In this document: piece by piece, positions 15,601 to 32,800 of the stretch
Numbering within the stretch: the stretch's first letter is position 1
Layout: each line of letters opens with the position of its first letter
DNA from: the human T2T-CHM13v2.0 reference genome, Homo sapiens
DNA length: 64,000 bases
Assembly: GCF_009914755.1 (NCBI RefSeq)
Contig: NC_060937.1
Reading direction: 5' to 3' (one strand)
Program-made: the position numbers and the translations under genes
The notes under the pieces: model-generated
The model's input: the letters and a program-made list of their open reading frames with translations, nothing else
Database searches by the model: none
Told to the model about the DNA's origin: nothing

Positions 15601-18600
15601 ATTATATACGGTACATAAAATATCAAATTACCCAAAATATGCATTATTTACTGTACATAAAATATGAAAGTAACCAAACATTTATAATAAACTGTACATA
15701 AATTATCAAAGTACTCAATCTACATATTATATACAGTATATAAAATATCAAAGTACACAAACTGTATATTATATACTGTACATAATATGTCAAAGTACCC
15801 AGAATATATAGCATACTGTACATACAATATCAAAGTACCCAGAATGTATATTCTATACTGTACATAAAATATGATGGTACATCAAAGATATATTATATTC
15901 TGTACATAAAATATCAAAGTACACCAAATATATATTATATGCTGTACATAATATATTAAAGTTGCCCATGTATACATTTTATACTGTACATAAAATATGA
16001 AGGTACATCAAATATATACTATATGCTGCACATAAAATATCAAAGTATCCAAAGTATGTATTATATACTGTACATAAAATATCAAAGTACCAAAAGTATA
16101 TATTACCTACTGTAAATAAAATATGAAGGTACCTCAAATATATATTATATTCTGTACATGAAATATCAAAGTACACCAAGTATATACTATATAATCTACA
16201 TAAAATATTAAATTACCCAAAATATGTATTGTATTGTGTACATAAATTATGAAAGTAACCAAACATTTATAATAAACTGTACATAAAATATCAAAGTACT
16301 CAAACATTATATTATATACTGTACATAAAGTATCAAAGTACCCAAACTGTGTAGTATATACTGTACATAAAATATCAAGGTACCCAAAATGTATATTGTA
16401 AACTGTAGATAAAATATCAAAGTACCCAAAATATATATTATATACTGTACATAAAATATGAAGGCACATCCAATATATATTATATTCTGTACATAAAATA
16501 TCAAAGTACACCAAATGTATATTATATACTGTACATAAAATAAAAAACTACCCCAAATATATATTATATACTCTACATAAAATATCAAAGTACCCAAAAT
16601 ATATATTATACACTGTACATAAAATATCAAAGTACCCATAGTATGTATTATATCCTGTACATAAAATATGAAGGTACATCAAATATATATTCTATTCTGC
16701 ACATAAAATATCATATTGCACCAAATATATATTGTATACTGTATATAAAATATGAAGGTACTTCAAATATATATTATATGCTGCACATAAAATATCAAAG
16801 TACCCAAAGTATGCATTACATACTGTACATAAAATATCAAAGTACCCAAAGTGTATATTATATACTGTACATAAAATATGAAGGTTCATCAAATATATTT
16901 TATATTCTGCAAATAATATATCAAAGTACAGCAAATATATATTATATACTGTACATAAAATAACAAAGTACCCAAAATATGTATTATATACTGTACATAA
17001 AATATGAAAGTAACAAAATATTTATAATAAACTGTATATAAAATATCAAAGTACTCAAACTACATATTATATACAGTATATAAAATATCAAAGTACCCAA
17101 ACTGTATATTATATACTGTACATACTATATCAAAGTACCCGAATATATAGCATACTGTACATAAAATATCAAAGTACCCAAAATATATATTGTATACTGT
17201 ACATAAAATATGAAGGTACATCTAAGATATATTATATTCTGTACATAAAATATCAAATTACACCAAATATATATTATATGCTGTACATAATATATTAAAG
17301 TCGACCAAATATATATTATATACTGTACATAAAATATGAAGATACATCAAATATATATTATATGCTGCACATAAAATATCAAAGTACCCAAAGTATGTAT
17401 TATACACTGTACATAAAATATCAAAGTACCAAAAGTATATATTACATACTGTAAATAAAATATGAAGGTACCTCAAATATATATTATATTCTGTACATAA
17501 AATGTCAAAGTACACCAAGTATATACTATATACTCTGCATAAAATATTAAATTACCCAAAATATGTATTGTATTGTGTACATAAAATATGAAAGTAACCA
17601 AACATTTATAATAAACTGTACATAAAATATCAAAGTACTCAAACTGTATATTATATACTGTACATAAAGTATCAAAGTACCCAAACTGTGTAGTATATAC
17701 TGTACATAAAATATCAAGGTACCCAAAATATATATTGTAAACTGTAGATAAAATATCAAAATACCCAAACTATATATTATATACTGTACATAAAATATGA
17801 AGGCACATCAAATATATATTATATTCTGTACATGAAATATCAAAGTACACCAAATGTATATTATATACTGTACATAAAATATCAAAGTACCCAAAGTGTA
17901 TATTATATACTGTACATAAAATATGAAGGTTCATCAAATATATTTTATATTCTGCACATAATATATCAAAGTACAGCAAATATATATTATATACTGTACA
18001 TAAAATATCAAAGTACCCAAAATATGTATTATATACTGTACATAAAATATGAAAGTAACCAAACATTTATAATAAACTGTACATAAAGTAACAAAGTACT
18101 CAAACTACATATTATATACAGTATATAAAATGCCAAAGTACCCAAACTGTATATTATATACTGTACATAATATATCAAAGTACCCGAATATATAGCATAC
18201 TGTACATAAAATATCAAAGTACCCAAAGTGTGTATTATACACTGCACATAAAATATGAAGGTACATAAAATATATATTGTATTCTGTATATAAAATATCA
18301 AAGTACTCCAAATATATATTATATGCTGTACATAATATATTAAAGTCGCCCAAATATATATTATATACTGTACATAAAATATGAAGGTACATCAAATATA
18401 TATTATATGCTGCACATAAAATATCAAAGTACCCAAAGTATATATTATATACCGTACAAAAAATATCAAAGTAGCCAAAATATGTATTATACACTGTACA
18501 TAATATATGAAAGTACCCAAACATTTATAATAAACTGTACATAAAATATCAATGTACTCAAACTATATATTATGTGCGCTACATAAGATATCAAAGTACC

Positions 18601-21600
18601 CATACTATATAGTATATACTGTACTTAAAATATCAAAATACCCAAAATATATATTATATACGTTACATAAACTATCAAATACACAAAGTATGTATCATAT
18701 ACTGTACATAAAATAGCAAAGTTCCCAAAATATGTATTATATACTGTACATAAAATATGAAAGTACCCAACCATTTATAATAAAGTCTACATAAAATACC
18801 AAAGTACCCAAACTGTGTATTATATACTGTCCATAAAATATCAAAGGACCCAAAATATATATCGTAAACTCTACATAAAATATCAAAGTAGCCAAAATAC
18901 ATATTGTATACTGTACATAAAATATAAAAGTACCCCAAATATATATTATATACTGTACATAAAATATCAAAGTACCCATAATACATATTATATACTGTAC
19001 ATAAAATATCAAAGGACCCAAAATAAACATTATATACTGTACATAAAATATCCAAATACTCAAAATATATATTACATACTGTACATAAAATATCAAAGTA
19101 CCCAAATTATGTATTATATACTGTACGTAAAATATCAGAGTACCCAAAATATGCATTATATACTGTACATAAAATATGAAAGTAACAAAACATTTATAAT
19201 AAACTGTACATAAAATATCAAAGTACTCAAACTATATATCATATACTGTACATAAAATATCAAAGTACCCAAACTGTGTATTATTACATACTGTATATAA
19301 AATATCAAAGTACCTGAAATATATATTTTATACGGTACATAAAATATCAAAGTACCCAAAATATGTACTATTTACTGTACATAAAATATGAAAGTAACCA
19401 AACTTTTATAATAAACTGTACATAAAATATCAAAGTACTCAATCTACCTATTATATACAGTATATAAAATATCAAAGTACACAAACTGTATATTATATAC
19501 TGTACATAATATATCAAAATACCCAGAATATATAGCATACTGTACATACAATATCAAAGTACCCAGAATGTATATTGTATACTGTACATAAAATATGAAG
19601 GTACATCAAAGATATATTATATTCTGTACATAAAATATCAAAGTACACCAAATATATATTATATGCTGTACATAATATATTAAAGTTGCCCATGTATACA
19701 TTTTATACTGTACATAAAATATGAAGGTACATCAAATATATAGTATATGCTGCACATAAAATATCAAAGTACCCAAAGTATGTATTATATACTGTACATA
19801 AAATATCAAAGTACCAAAAGTATATATTACCTACTGTAAATAAAATATGAAGATACCTCAAATATATATTATATTCTGTACATGAAATATCAAAGTACAC
19901 CAAGTATATACTATATACTCTACATAAAATATTAAATTACCCACAATATGTATTGTATTGTGTACATAAAATATGAAAGTAACCAAACATTTATAATAAA
20001 CTGTACATAAAATATCAAAGTACTCAAACTTTATATTATATACTGTACATAAAGTATCAAAGTACCCAAACTGTGTAGTATATACTGTACATAAAATATC
20101 AAGGTACCCAAAATGTATATTGTAAACTGTAGATAAAATATCAAAGTACCCAAAATATATATTATATACTGTACATAAAATATGAAGGCACATCCAATAT
20201 ATATTATATTCTGTACATAAAATATCAAAGTACACCAAATGTATATTATATACTGTACATAAAATATAAAACTACCCCAAATATATCTTATATACTGTAC
20301 ATAAAATATCAAAGTACCCAAAATATATATTATATACTGTACATAATATATCAAAGTACCCATAGTATGTATTATATCCTGTACATAAAATATGAAAGTA
20401 CGTCAAATATATATTCTATTCTGCACATAAAATATCATATTGCACCAAATATATATTGTATACTGTATATAAAATATGAAGGTACTTCAAATATATATTA
20501 TATGCTGAACATAAAATATCAAAGTACCCAAAGTATGCATTATATACTGTACATAAAATATCAAAGTACCCAAAGTGTATATTATATACTGTACATAAAA
20601 TATGAAGGTTCATCAAATATATTTTATATTCTGCACATAATATATCAAAGTACAGCAAATATATATTATATACTGTACATAAAATAACAAAGTACCAAAA
20701 ATATGTATTATATACTGTACATAAAATATGAAAGTAACCAAATATTTATAATAAACTGTATATAAAATATCAAAGTACTCAAACTACATATTATATACAG
20801 TATATAAAATATCAAAGTACCCAAACTATATATTATATACTGTGCATACTATAGCAAAGTACCCGAATATATAGCATACTGTACATAAAATATCAAATTA
20901 CCCAAAATATATATTGTATACTGTACATAAAATATGAAGGTACATCAAAGATATATTATATTCTGTACATAAAATATCAAAGTACACCAAATATATATTA
21001 TATGCTGTACAGAATATATTAAAGTCGACCAAATGTATATTATATACTGTACATAAAATATGAAGGTACATCAAATATATATTATATGCTGCACATAAAA
21101 TATCAAAGTACCCAAAGTATGTGTTATATACTGTACATAAAATATCAAAGTACCCAAAGTATATATTATATACTGTACATAAAATATAAAATACCCCAAA
21201 TATATATTATATGCTGTACATAAAATATCAAAGTACACAAAATATGCATTATGTACTGTACATAAATTATCAAAGGACCCAAAATATATATTATATAGTG
21301 TACATAAAATATCAAAATACCCAAAATATATATTATATACTGTACATAAAATACCAAAGTACCCAAAGTATATATTATATACTGTATAAAAAATATCAAA
21401 GTAGCCAAAATATGTATTATACACTGTACATAATATATGAAAGTACCCAAAGATTTATAATAAACTGTACATAAAATATCAATGTACTCAAACTATATAT
21501 TATGTGCGGTACTTAAGATATCAAAGTACCCATACTATATAGTATGTACTGTACTTAAAATATCAAAATACCCAAAATATATATTATATACGTTACATAA

Positions 21601-21900
21601 ACTATCAAATACACAAAGTATGTATTACATACTGTACATAAAATAGCAAAGTTCCCAAAATATGTATTATATACTGTACATAAAATATGAAAGTAACCAA
21701 CCATTTATAATAAACTCTACATAAAATACCAAAGTACCCAAACTGTGTATTATATACTCTCCATAAAATATCAAAGTACCCAAAATATATATTGTCAACT
21801 GTACATAAAATATCAAAGTAGCCAAAATATATATAGTATACCGTACATAAAATATAAAAGTACCCCAAATATGTATTATATACTGTACATAAAATATCAA
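9600..21900 (+). repeat. ~12-kb block, copy 1 (recurs at +17,288/+17,665)
   Basis: Landmarks 9649->26937, 12767->30055, 15979->33267 and 19156->36444 share offset 17,288. Landmarks 19703->37368 and 21605->39270 share offset 17,665. Confidence 0.85.
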
Positions 21901-24900
21901 AGTACCGATAATACATATTATATACTGTACATAAAATATCAGAGGACCCAAAATAAACATTATATACTGTACATAAAATATCCAAATACTCACAATATAT
22001 ATTACATACTGTACATAAAATATCAAAGTACCCAAATTATGTATTATATACTGTACGTAAAATATCGGAGTACCCAAAATATGCATTATATACTGTACAT
22101 AAAATATGAAAGTAACAAAACATTTATAAAAAACTGTACATAAAATATCAAAGTACTCAAACTATATATCATATACTGTACATAAAATATCAAAGTACCC
22201 AAACTGTGTATTATTATATACTGTATATAAAATATCAAAGTACCTGAAATATATACTGTATACTGTACATAAAATATCAAAGTACCCAAAATATATACTA
22301 TATACTGTACATAAAATATGAAGGTACATCAAATATATATTATATCCTGTACATAAAATATCAAAGTACACCTATTATATATTGTGTACTGTACATAATA
22401 TATTAAATCGCCCAAATATATATTGTATACTGTATATAAAATATGAAGGTACTTCAAATATATATTATATGCTGCACATAAAATATCAAAGTACCCAAAG
22501 TATGCATTACATACTGTACATAAAATATCAAAGTACACATATTATCTATTATATAATGTACATAAAATATGAAGGTTCATCAAATATATATTATATTCTG
22601 TACATAATATATCAAAGTACATCAAATATATATTATATACTGTACATAAAATATCAAAGTACCAAAAATATGTATTATATACTGTACATAAAACATGAAA
22701 GTAACCAAACATTTATAATAAACTGTACATAAAATATCAAAGTACTCAATCTACATATTATATACAGTATATAAAATATCAAAGTACACAAACTGTATAT
22801 TATATACTGTACATAATATATCAAAGTACCCAGAATATATAGCATACTGTACTTAAAATATCAAAGTACCCAAAATATATATTGTATACTGTACATAAAA
22901 TATGAAGGTACATCAAAGATATATTATATTCTGTACATAAAATATCAAACTACACCAAATATATATTATATGCTGTACATAATATATTAAAGTTGCCCAT
23001 ATATACATTATATACTGTACATAAAATATGAACGTACATCAAATATACAGTATATGCTGCACATAAAATATCAAAGTACCCAAAGTATGTATTATACACT
23101 GTACATAAAATATCAAAGTACCAAAAGTATATATTACATACTGTAAATAAAATATGAAGGTACCTCAAATATATATTATATTCTGTACATAAAATATCAA
23201 AGTACACCAAGTATATACTATATACTCTGCATAAAATATTAAATTACCCAAAATATGTATTGCATTGTGTACATAAAATATGAAAGTAACCAAACATTTA
23301 TAATAAACTGTACATAAAATATCAAAGTACTCAAACTGTATATTATATACTGTACATAAAGTATCAAAGTACCCAAACTGTGTAGTATATACTGTACATA
23401 AAATATCAAGGTACCCAAAATATATATTGTAAACTGTAGATAAAATATCAAAGTACCCAAAATATATATTATATACTGTACATAAAATATGAAGGCACAT
23501 CCAATATATACTATATTCTGTACATAAAATATCAAAGTACACCAAATGTATATTATATACTGTACAAAAAATATCAAAGTACCCAAAGTGTATATTATAT
23601 ACTGTACATAAAGTATGAAGATTCATCAAATATATTTTATATTCTGCACATAATATATCAAAGTACAGCAAATATATATTATATACTGTACATAAAATAT
23701 CAAAGTACCCAAAATATGTATTATATACTGTACATAAAATATGAAAGTAACCAAACATTTATAATAAACTGTACCTAAATTATCAAAGTACTCAAACTAC
23801 ATATTATATACAGTATATAAAATGTCAAAGTACCCAAACTGTATATTATATACTGTACATAATATATCAAAGTACCTGAATATATAGCATACTCTACATA
23901 AAATATCAAAGTACCCAAAGTGTGTATTATACACTGCACATAAAATATGAAGGTACATAAAATATATATTGTATTCTGTACATAAAATATCAAAGTACTC
24001 CAAATATATATTATATGCTGTACATAATATATTAAAGTCGCCCAAATATATATTATATACTGTACATAAAACATGAAGGTACATCAAATATATATTATAT
24101 GCTGCACATAAAATATCAAAGTACCCAAAGTATGTGTTATATACTGTACATAAAATATCAAAGTACCCAAAGTATATATTATATACTGTACATAAAATAT
24201 AAAATACCCCAAATATATATTATATGCTGTACATAAAATATCAAAGTACACAAAATATGCATTATGTACTGTACATAAATTATCAAAGGACCCAAAATAT
24301 ATATTATATAATGTACATAAAATATCAAAATACCCAAAATATATATTATATACTGTACATAAAATACCAAAGTACCCAAAGTATATATTATATACTGTAT
24401 AAAAAATATCAAAGTAGCCAAAATATGTATTATACACTGTACATAATATATGAAAGTACCCAAATATTTATAATAAACTGTACATAAAATATCAATGTAC
24501 TCAAACTATATATTATGTGCGGTACTTAAGATATCAAAGTACCCATACTATATAGTATGTACTGTACTTAAAATATCAAAATACCCAAAATATATATTAT
24601 ATACGTTACATAAACTATCAAATACACAAAGTATGTATTACATACTGTACATAAAATAGCAAAGTTCCCAAAATATGTATTATATACTGTACATAAAATA
24701 TGAAAGTACCCAACCATTTATAATAAACTCTACATAAAATACCAAAGTACCCAAACTGTGTATTATATACTCTCCATAAAATATCAAAGTACCCAAAATA
24801 TATATTGTCAACTGTACATAAAATATCAAAGTACTCAATCTACATATTATATACAGTATATAAAATATCAAAGTACACAAACTGTATATTATATACTGTA

Positions 24901-26889
24901 CATAATATATCAAAGTACCCAGAATATATAGCATACTGTACTTAAAATATCAAAGTACCCAAAATATATATTGTATACTGTACATAAAATATGAAGGTAC
25001 ATCAAAGATATATTATATTCTGTACATAAAATATCAAAGTACACCAAATATATATTATATGCTGTACATAATATATTAAAGTTGCCCATATATACATTAT
25101 ATACTGTACATAAAATATGAACGTACATCAAATATATAGTATATGCTGCACATAAAATATCAAAGTACCCAAAGTATGTATTATACACTGTACATAAAAT
25201 ATCAAAGTACCAAAAGTATATATTACATACTGTAAATAAAATATGAAGGTACCTCAAATATATATTATATTCTGTACATAAAATATCAAAGTACACCAAG
25301 TATATACTATATACTCTGCATAAAATATTAAATTACCCAAAATATGTATTGCATTGTGTACATAAAATATGAAAGTAACCAAACATTTATAATAAACTGT
25401 ACATAAAATATCAAAGTACTCAAACTGTATATTATATACTGTACATAAAGTATCAAAGTACCCAAACTGTGTAGTATATACTGTACATAAAATATCAAGG
25501 TACCCAAAATATATATTGTAAACTGTAGATAAAATATCAAAGTACCCAAAATATATATTATATACTGTACATAAAATATGAAGGCACATCCAATATATAT
25601 TATATTCTGTACATAAAATATCAAAGTACACCAAATGTATATTATATACTGTACATAAAATATCAAAGTACCCAAAGTGTATATTATATACTGTACATAA
25701 ACTATGAAGGTTCATCAAATATATTTTATATTCTGCACATAATATATCAAAGTACAGCAAATATATATTATATACTGTACATAAAATATCAAAGTACCCA
25801 AAATATGTATTATATACTGTACATAAAATATGAAAGTAACCAAACATTTATAATAAACTGTACATAAAGTAACAAAGTACTCAAACTACATATTATATAC
25901 AGTATATAAAATGTCAAATTACCCAAACTGTATATTATATACTGTACATAATATATCAAAGTACCCGAATATATAGCATACTGTACATAAAATATCAAAG
26001 TACCCAAAGTGTGTATTATACACTGCACATAAAATATGAAGGTACATAAAATATATATTGTATTCTGTACATAAAATATCAAAGTACTCCAAATATATAT
26101 TATATGCTGTACATAATATATTAAAGTCGCCCAAATATATATTATATACTGTACATAAAATATGAAGGTACATCAAATATATATTATATGCTGCACATAA
26201 AATATCAAAGTACCCAAAGTATATATTATATACCGTACAAAAAATATCAAAGTAGCCAAAATATGTATTATACACTGTACATAATATATGAAAGTACCCA
26301 AACATTTATAATAAACTGTACATAAAATATCAATGTACTCAAACTATATATTATGTGCGGTACATAAGATATCAAAGTACCCATACTATATAGTATATAC
26401 TGTACTTAAAATATCAAAATACCCAAAATATATATTATATACGTTACATAAACTATCAAATACACAAAGTATGTATTATATACTGTACATAAAATAGCAA
26501 AGTTCCCAAAATATGTATTATATACTGTACATAAAATATGAAAGTACCCAACCATTTATAATAAACTCTACATAAAATACCAAAGTACCCAAACTGTGTA
26601 TTATATACTGTCCATAAAATATCAAAGGACCCAAAATATATATCGTAAACTCTACATAAAATATCAAAGTAGCCAAAATACATATTGTATACTGTACATA
26701 AAATATAAAAGTACCCCAAATATATATTATATACTGTACATAAAATATCAAAGTACCCATAATACATATTATATACTGTACATAAAATATCAAAGGACCC
26801 AAAACAAACATTATATACTGTACATAAAATATCCAAATACTCAAAATATATATTACATACTGTACATAAAATATCAAAGTACCCAAATT

Positions 26890-29800
26890 ATGTACTATAT
26901 ACTGTATGTAAAATATCAGAGTACCCAAAATATGCATTATATACTGTACATAAAATATGAAAGTAACAAAACATTTATAATAAACTGTACATAAAATATC
27001 AAAGTACTCAAACTATATATCATATACTGTACATAAAATATCAAAGTACCCAAACTGTGTATTATTATATACTGTATATAAAATATCAAAGTACCTGAAA
27101 TATATATTGTATACTGTACATAAAATATCAAAGTACCCAAAATATATACTATATACTGTACATAAAATATGAAGGTACATCAAATATATATTATATCCTG
27201 TACATAAAATAACAAAGTACACCTATTATATATTGTGTACTGTACATAATATATTAAATCGCCCAAATATATATTGTATACTGTATATAAAATATGAAGG
27301 TACTTCAAATATATATTATATGCTGCACATAAAATATCAAAGTACCCAAGGTATGCATTACATACTGTACATAAAATATCAAAGTACACAAATTATATAT
27401 TATATACTGTACATAAAATATGTAGGTTCATCAAATATATTTTATATTCTGTACATAATATATCAAAGTACATCAAATATATATTATATACGGTACATAA
27501 AATATCAAATTACCCAAAATATATATTATTTACTGTACATAAAATATGAAAGTAACCAAACATTTATAATAAACTGTACATAAATTATCAAAGTACTCAA
27601 TCTACATATTATATACAGTATATAAAATATCAAAGTACACAAACTGTATATTATATACTGTACATAATATGTCAAAGTACCCAGAATATATAGCATACTG
27701 TACATACAATATCAAAGTACCCAAAATATATATTGTATACTGTACATAAAATATGAAGGTACATCAAAGATATATTATATTCTGTACATAAAATATCAAA
27801 GTACACCAAATATATATTATATGCTGTACATAATATATTAAAGTTGCCCATGTATACATTTTATACTGTACATAAAATATGAAGGTACATCAAATATATA
27901 GTATATGCTGCACATAAAATATCAAAGTACCCAAAGTATGTATTATATACTGTACATAAAATATCAAAGTACCAAAAGTATATATTACCTACTGTAAATA
28001 AAATGTGAAGATACCTCAAATATATATTATATTCTGTACATGAAATATCAAAGTACACCAAGTATATACTATATACTCTACATAAAATATTAAATTACCC
28101 AAAATATGTATTGTATTGTGTACATAAAATATGAAAATAACCAAACATTTATAATAAACTGTACATAAAATATCAAAGTACTCAAACTTTATATTATATA
28201 CTGTACATAAAGTATCAAAGTACCCAAACTGTGTAGTATATACTGTACATAAAATATCAAGGTACCCAAAATGTATATTGTAAACTGTAGATAAAATATC
28301 AAAGTACCCAAAATATATATTATATACTGTACATAAAATATGAAGGCACATCCAATATATATTATATTCTGTACATAAAATATCAAAGTACACCAAATGT
28401 ATATTATATACTGTACATAAAATATAAAACTACCCCAAATATATATTATATACTCTACATAAAATATCAAAGTACCCAAAATATATATTATATACTGTAC
28501 ATAATATATCAAAGTACCCATAGTATGTATTATATCCTGTACATAAAATATGAAAGTACGTCAAATATATATTCTATTCTGCACATAAAATATCATATTG
28601 CACCAAATATATATTGTATACTGTATATAAAATATGAAGGTACTTCAAATATATATTATATGCTGCACATAAAATATCAAAGTACCCAAAGTATGCATTA
28701 TATACTGTACATAAAATATCAAAGTACCCAAAGTGTATATTATATACTGTACATAAAATATGAAGGTTCATCAAATATATTTTATATTCTGCACATAATA
28801 TATCAAAGTACAGCAAATATATATTACATACTGTACATAAAATAACAAAGTAACAAAAATATGTATTATATACTGTACATAAAATATGAAAGTAACCAAA
28901 TATTTATAATAAACTGTATATAAAATATCAAAGTACTCAAACTACATATTATATACAGTATATAAAATATCAAAGTACCCAAACTATATATTATATACTG
29001 TACATACTATATCAAAGTACCCGAATATAGAGCATACTGTACATAAAATATCAAATTACCCAAAATATATATTGTATACTGTACATAAAATATGAAGGTA
29101 CATCAAAGATATATTATATTCTGTACATAAAATATCAAAGTACACCAGATATATATTATATGCTGTACAGAATATATTAAAGTCGACCAAATGTATACTA
29201 TATACTGTACATAAAATATGAAGGTACATCAAATATATATTATATGCTGCACATAAAATATCAAAGTACCCAAAGTATGTGTTATATACTGTACATAAAA
29301 TATCAAAGTACCCAAAGTATATATTATATACTGTACATAAAATATAAAATACCCCAAATACATATTATATGCTGTACATAAAATATCAAAGTACACAAAA
29401 TATGCATTATGTACTGTACATAAATTATCAAAGGACCCAAAATATATATTATATAATGTACATAAAATATCAAAATACCCAAAATATATATTATATACTG
29501 TACATAAAATACCAAAGTACCCAAAGTATATATTATATACTGTATAAAAAATATCAAAGTAGCCAAAATATGTATTATACACTGTACATAATATATGAAA
29601 GTACCCAAATATTTATAATAAACTGTACATAAAATATCAATGTACTCAAACTATATATTATGTGCGGTACTTAAGATATCAAAGTACCCATACTATATAG
29701 TATGTACTGTACTTAAAATATCAAAATACCCAAAATATATATTATATACGTTACATAAACTATCAAATACACAAAGTATGTATTACATACTGTACATAAA

Positions 29801-32800
29801 ATAGCAAAGTTCCCAAAATATGTATTATATACTGTACATAAAATATGAAAGTACCCAACCATTTATAATAAACTCTACATAAAATACCAAAGTACCCAAA
29901 CTGTGTATTATATACTCTCCATAAAATATCAAAGTACCCAAAATATATATTGTCAACTGTACATAAAATATCAAAGTACTCAATCTACATATTATATACA
30001 GTATATAAAATATCAAAGTACACAAACTGTATATTATATACTGTACATAATATATCAAAGTACCCAGAATATATAGCATACTGTACTTAAAATATCAAAG
30101 TACCCAAAATATATATTGTATACTGTACATAAAATATGAAGGTACATCAAAGATATATTATATTCTGTACATAAAATATCAAAGTACACCAAATATATAT
30201 TATATGCTGTACATAATATATTAAAGTTGCCCATATATACATTATATACTGTACATAAAATATGAACGTACATCAAATATATAGTATATGCTGCACATAA
30301 AATATCAAAGTACCCAAAGTATGTATTATACACTGTACATAAAATATCAAAGTACCAAAAGTATATATTACATACTGTAAATAAAATATGAAGGTACCTC
30401 AAATATATATTATATTCTGTACATAAAATATCAAAGTACACCAAGTATATACTATATACTCTGCATAAAATATTAAATTACCCAAAATATGTATTGCATT
30501 GTGTACATAAAATATGAAAGTAACCAAACATTTATAATAAACTGTACATAAAATATCAAAGTACTCAAACTGTATATTATATACTGTACATAAAGTATCA
30601 AAGTACCCAAACTGTGTAGTATATACTGTACATAAAATATCAAGGTACCCAAAATATATATTGTAAACTGTAGATAAAATATAAAAGTACCCAAAATATA
30701 TATTATATACTGTACATAAAATATGAAGGCACATCCAATATATATTATATTCTGTACATAAAATATCAAAGTACACCAAATGTATATTATATACTGTACA
30801 TAAAATATCAAAGTACCCAAAGTGTATATTATATACTGTACATAAACTATGAAGGTTCATCAAATATATTTTATATTCTGCACATAATATATCAAAGTAC
30901 AGCAAATATATATTATATACTGTACATAAAATATCAAAGTACCCAAAATATGTATTATATACTGTACATAAAATATGAAAGTAACCAAACATTTATAATA
31001 AACTGTACATAAAGTATCAAAGTACTCAAACTACATATTATATACAGTATATAAAATGTCAAAGTACCCAAACTGTATATTATATACTGTACATAATATA
31101 TCAAAGTACCCGAATATATAGCATACTGTACATAAAATATCAAAGTACCCAAAGTGTGTATTATACACTGCACATAAAATATGAAGGTACATAAAATATA
31201 TATTGTATTCTGTACATAAAATATCAAAGTACTCCAAATATATATTATATGCTGTACATAATATATTAAAGTCGCCCAAATATATATTATATACTGTACA
31301 TAAAATATGAAGGTACATCAAATATATATTATATGCTGCACATAAAATATCAAAGTACCCAAAGTATGTGTTATATACTGTACATAAAATATCAAAGTAC
31401 CCAAAGTATATATTATATACTGTACATAAAATATAAAATACCCCAAATATATATTATATGCTGTACATAAAATATCAAAGTACACAAAATATGTATTATA
31501 TACTGTACATAAAATACCAAAGGACCCAAAATATATATTATATACTGTACATAAAATATCAAAATACCCAAAATATATATTATATACTGTACATAAAATA
31601 CCAAAGTACCCAAAGTATATATTATATACCGTACAAAAAATATCAAAGTAGCCAAAATATGTATTATACACTGTACATAATATATGAAAGTACCCAAACA
31701 TTTATAATAAACTGTACATAAAATATCAATGTACTCAAACTATATATTATGTGCGGTACATAAGATATCAAATTACCCATACTATATAGTATATACTGTA
31801 CTTAAAATATCAAAATACCCAAAATATATATTATATACGTTACATAAACTATCAAATACACAAAGTATGTATTATATACTGTACATAAAATAGCAAAGTT
31901 CCCAAAATATGTATTATATATATTATAAATATGTACATAAAATATGAAAGTACCCAACCATTTATAATAAACTCTACATAAAACACCAAAGTACCCAAAC
32001 TGTGTTTTATATACTGTCCATAAAATATCAAAGTACCCAAAATATATATTGTAAACTCTACATAAAATATCAAAGTAGCCAAAATACATATTGTATACTG
32101 TACATAAAATATAAAAGTACCCCAAATATATATTATATACTGTACATAAAATATCAAAGTACCCATAATACATATTATATACTGTACATAAAATATCAAA
32201 GGACCCAAAATAAACATTATATACTGTACATAAAATATCCAAATACTCAAAATATATATTACATACTGTACATAAAATATCAAAGTACCCAAATTATGTA
32301 TTATATACTGTACGTAAAATATCAGAGTACCCAAAATATGCATTATATACTGTACATAAAATATGAAAGTAACAAAACATTTATAATAAACTGTACATAA
32401 AATATCAAAGTACTCAAACTATATATCATATACTGTACATAAAATATCAAAGTACCCAAACTGTGTATTATTATATACTGTATATAAAATATCAAAGTAC
32501 CTGAAATATATATTGTATACTGTACATAAAATATCAAAGTACACAAAATATATACTATATACTGTACATAAAATATGAAGGTACATCAAATATATATTAT
32601 ATCCTGTACATAAAATATCAAAGTACACCTATTATATATTGTTTACTGTACATAATATATTAAATCGCCCAAATATATATTGTATACTGTATATAAAATA
32701 TGAAGGTACTTCAAATATATATTATAAGCTGCACATAAAATATCAAAGTACCCAAGGTATGCATTACATACTGTACATAAAATATCAAAGTACACAAATT

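Noticed and set aside
15055-19156. 4,101-bp unit being the same event as the 794-bp step-back at ~4,060 (3307+794 also equals 4,101)
   Set aside because: The junctions differ. Here the length arises from +1,045 and -251 events, so the match is numerical coincidence from monomer-multiple arithmetic.
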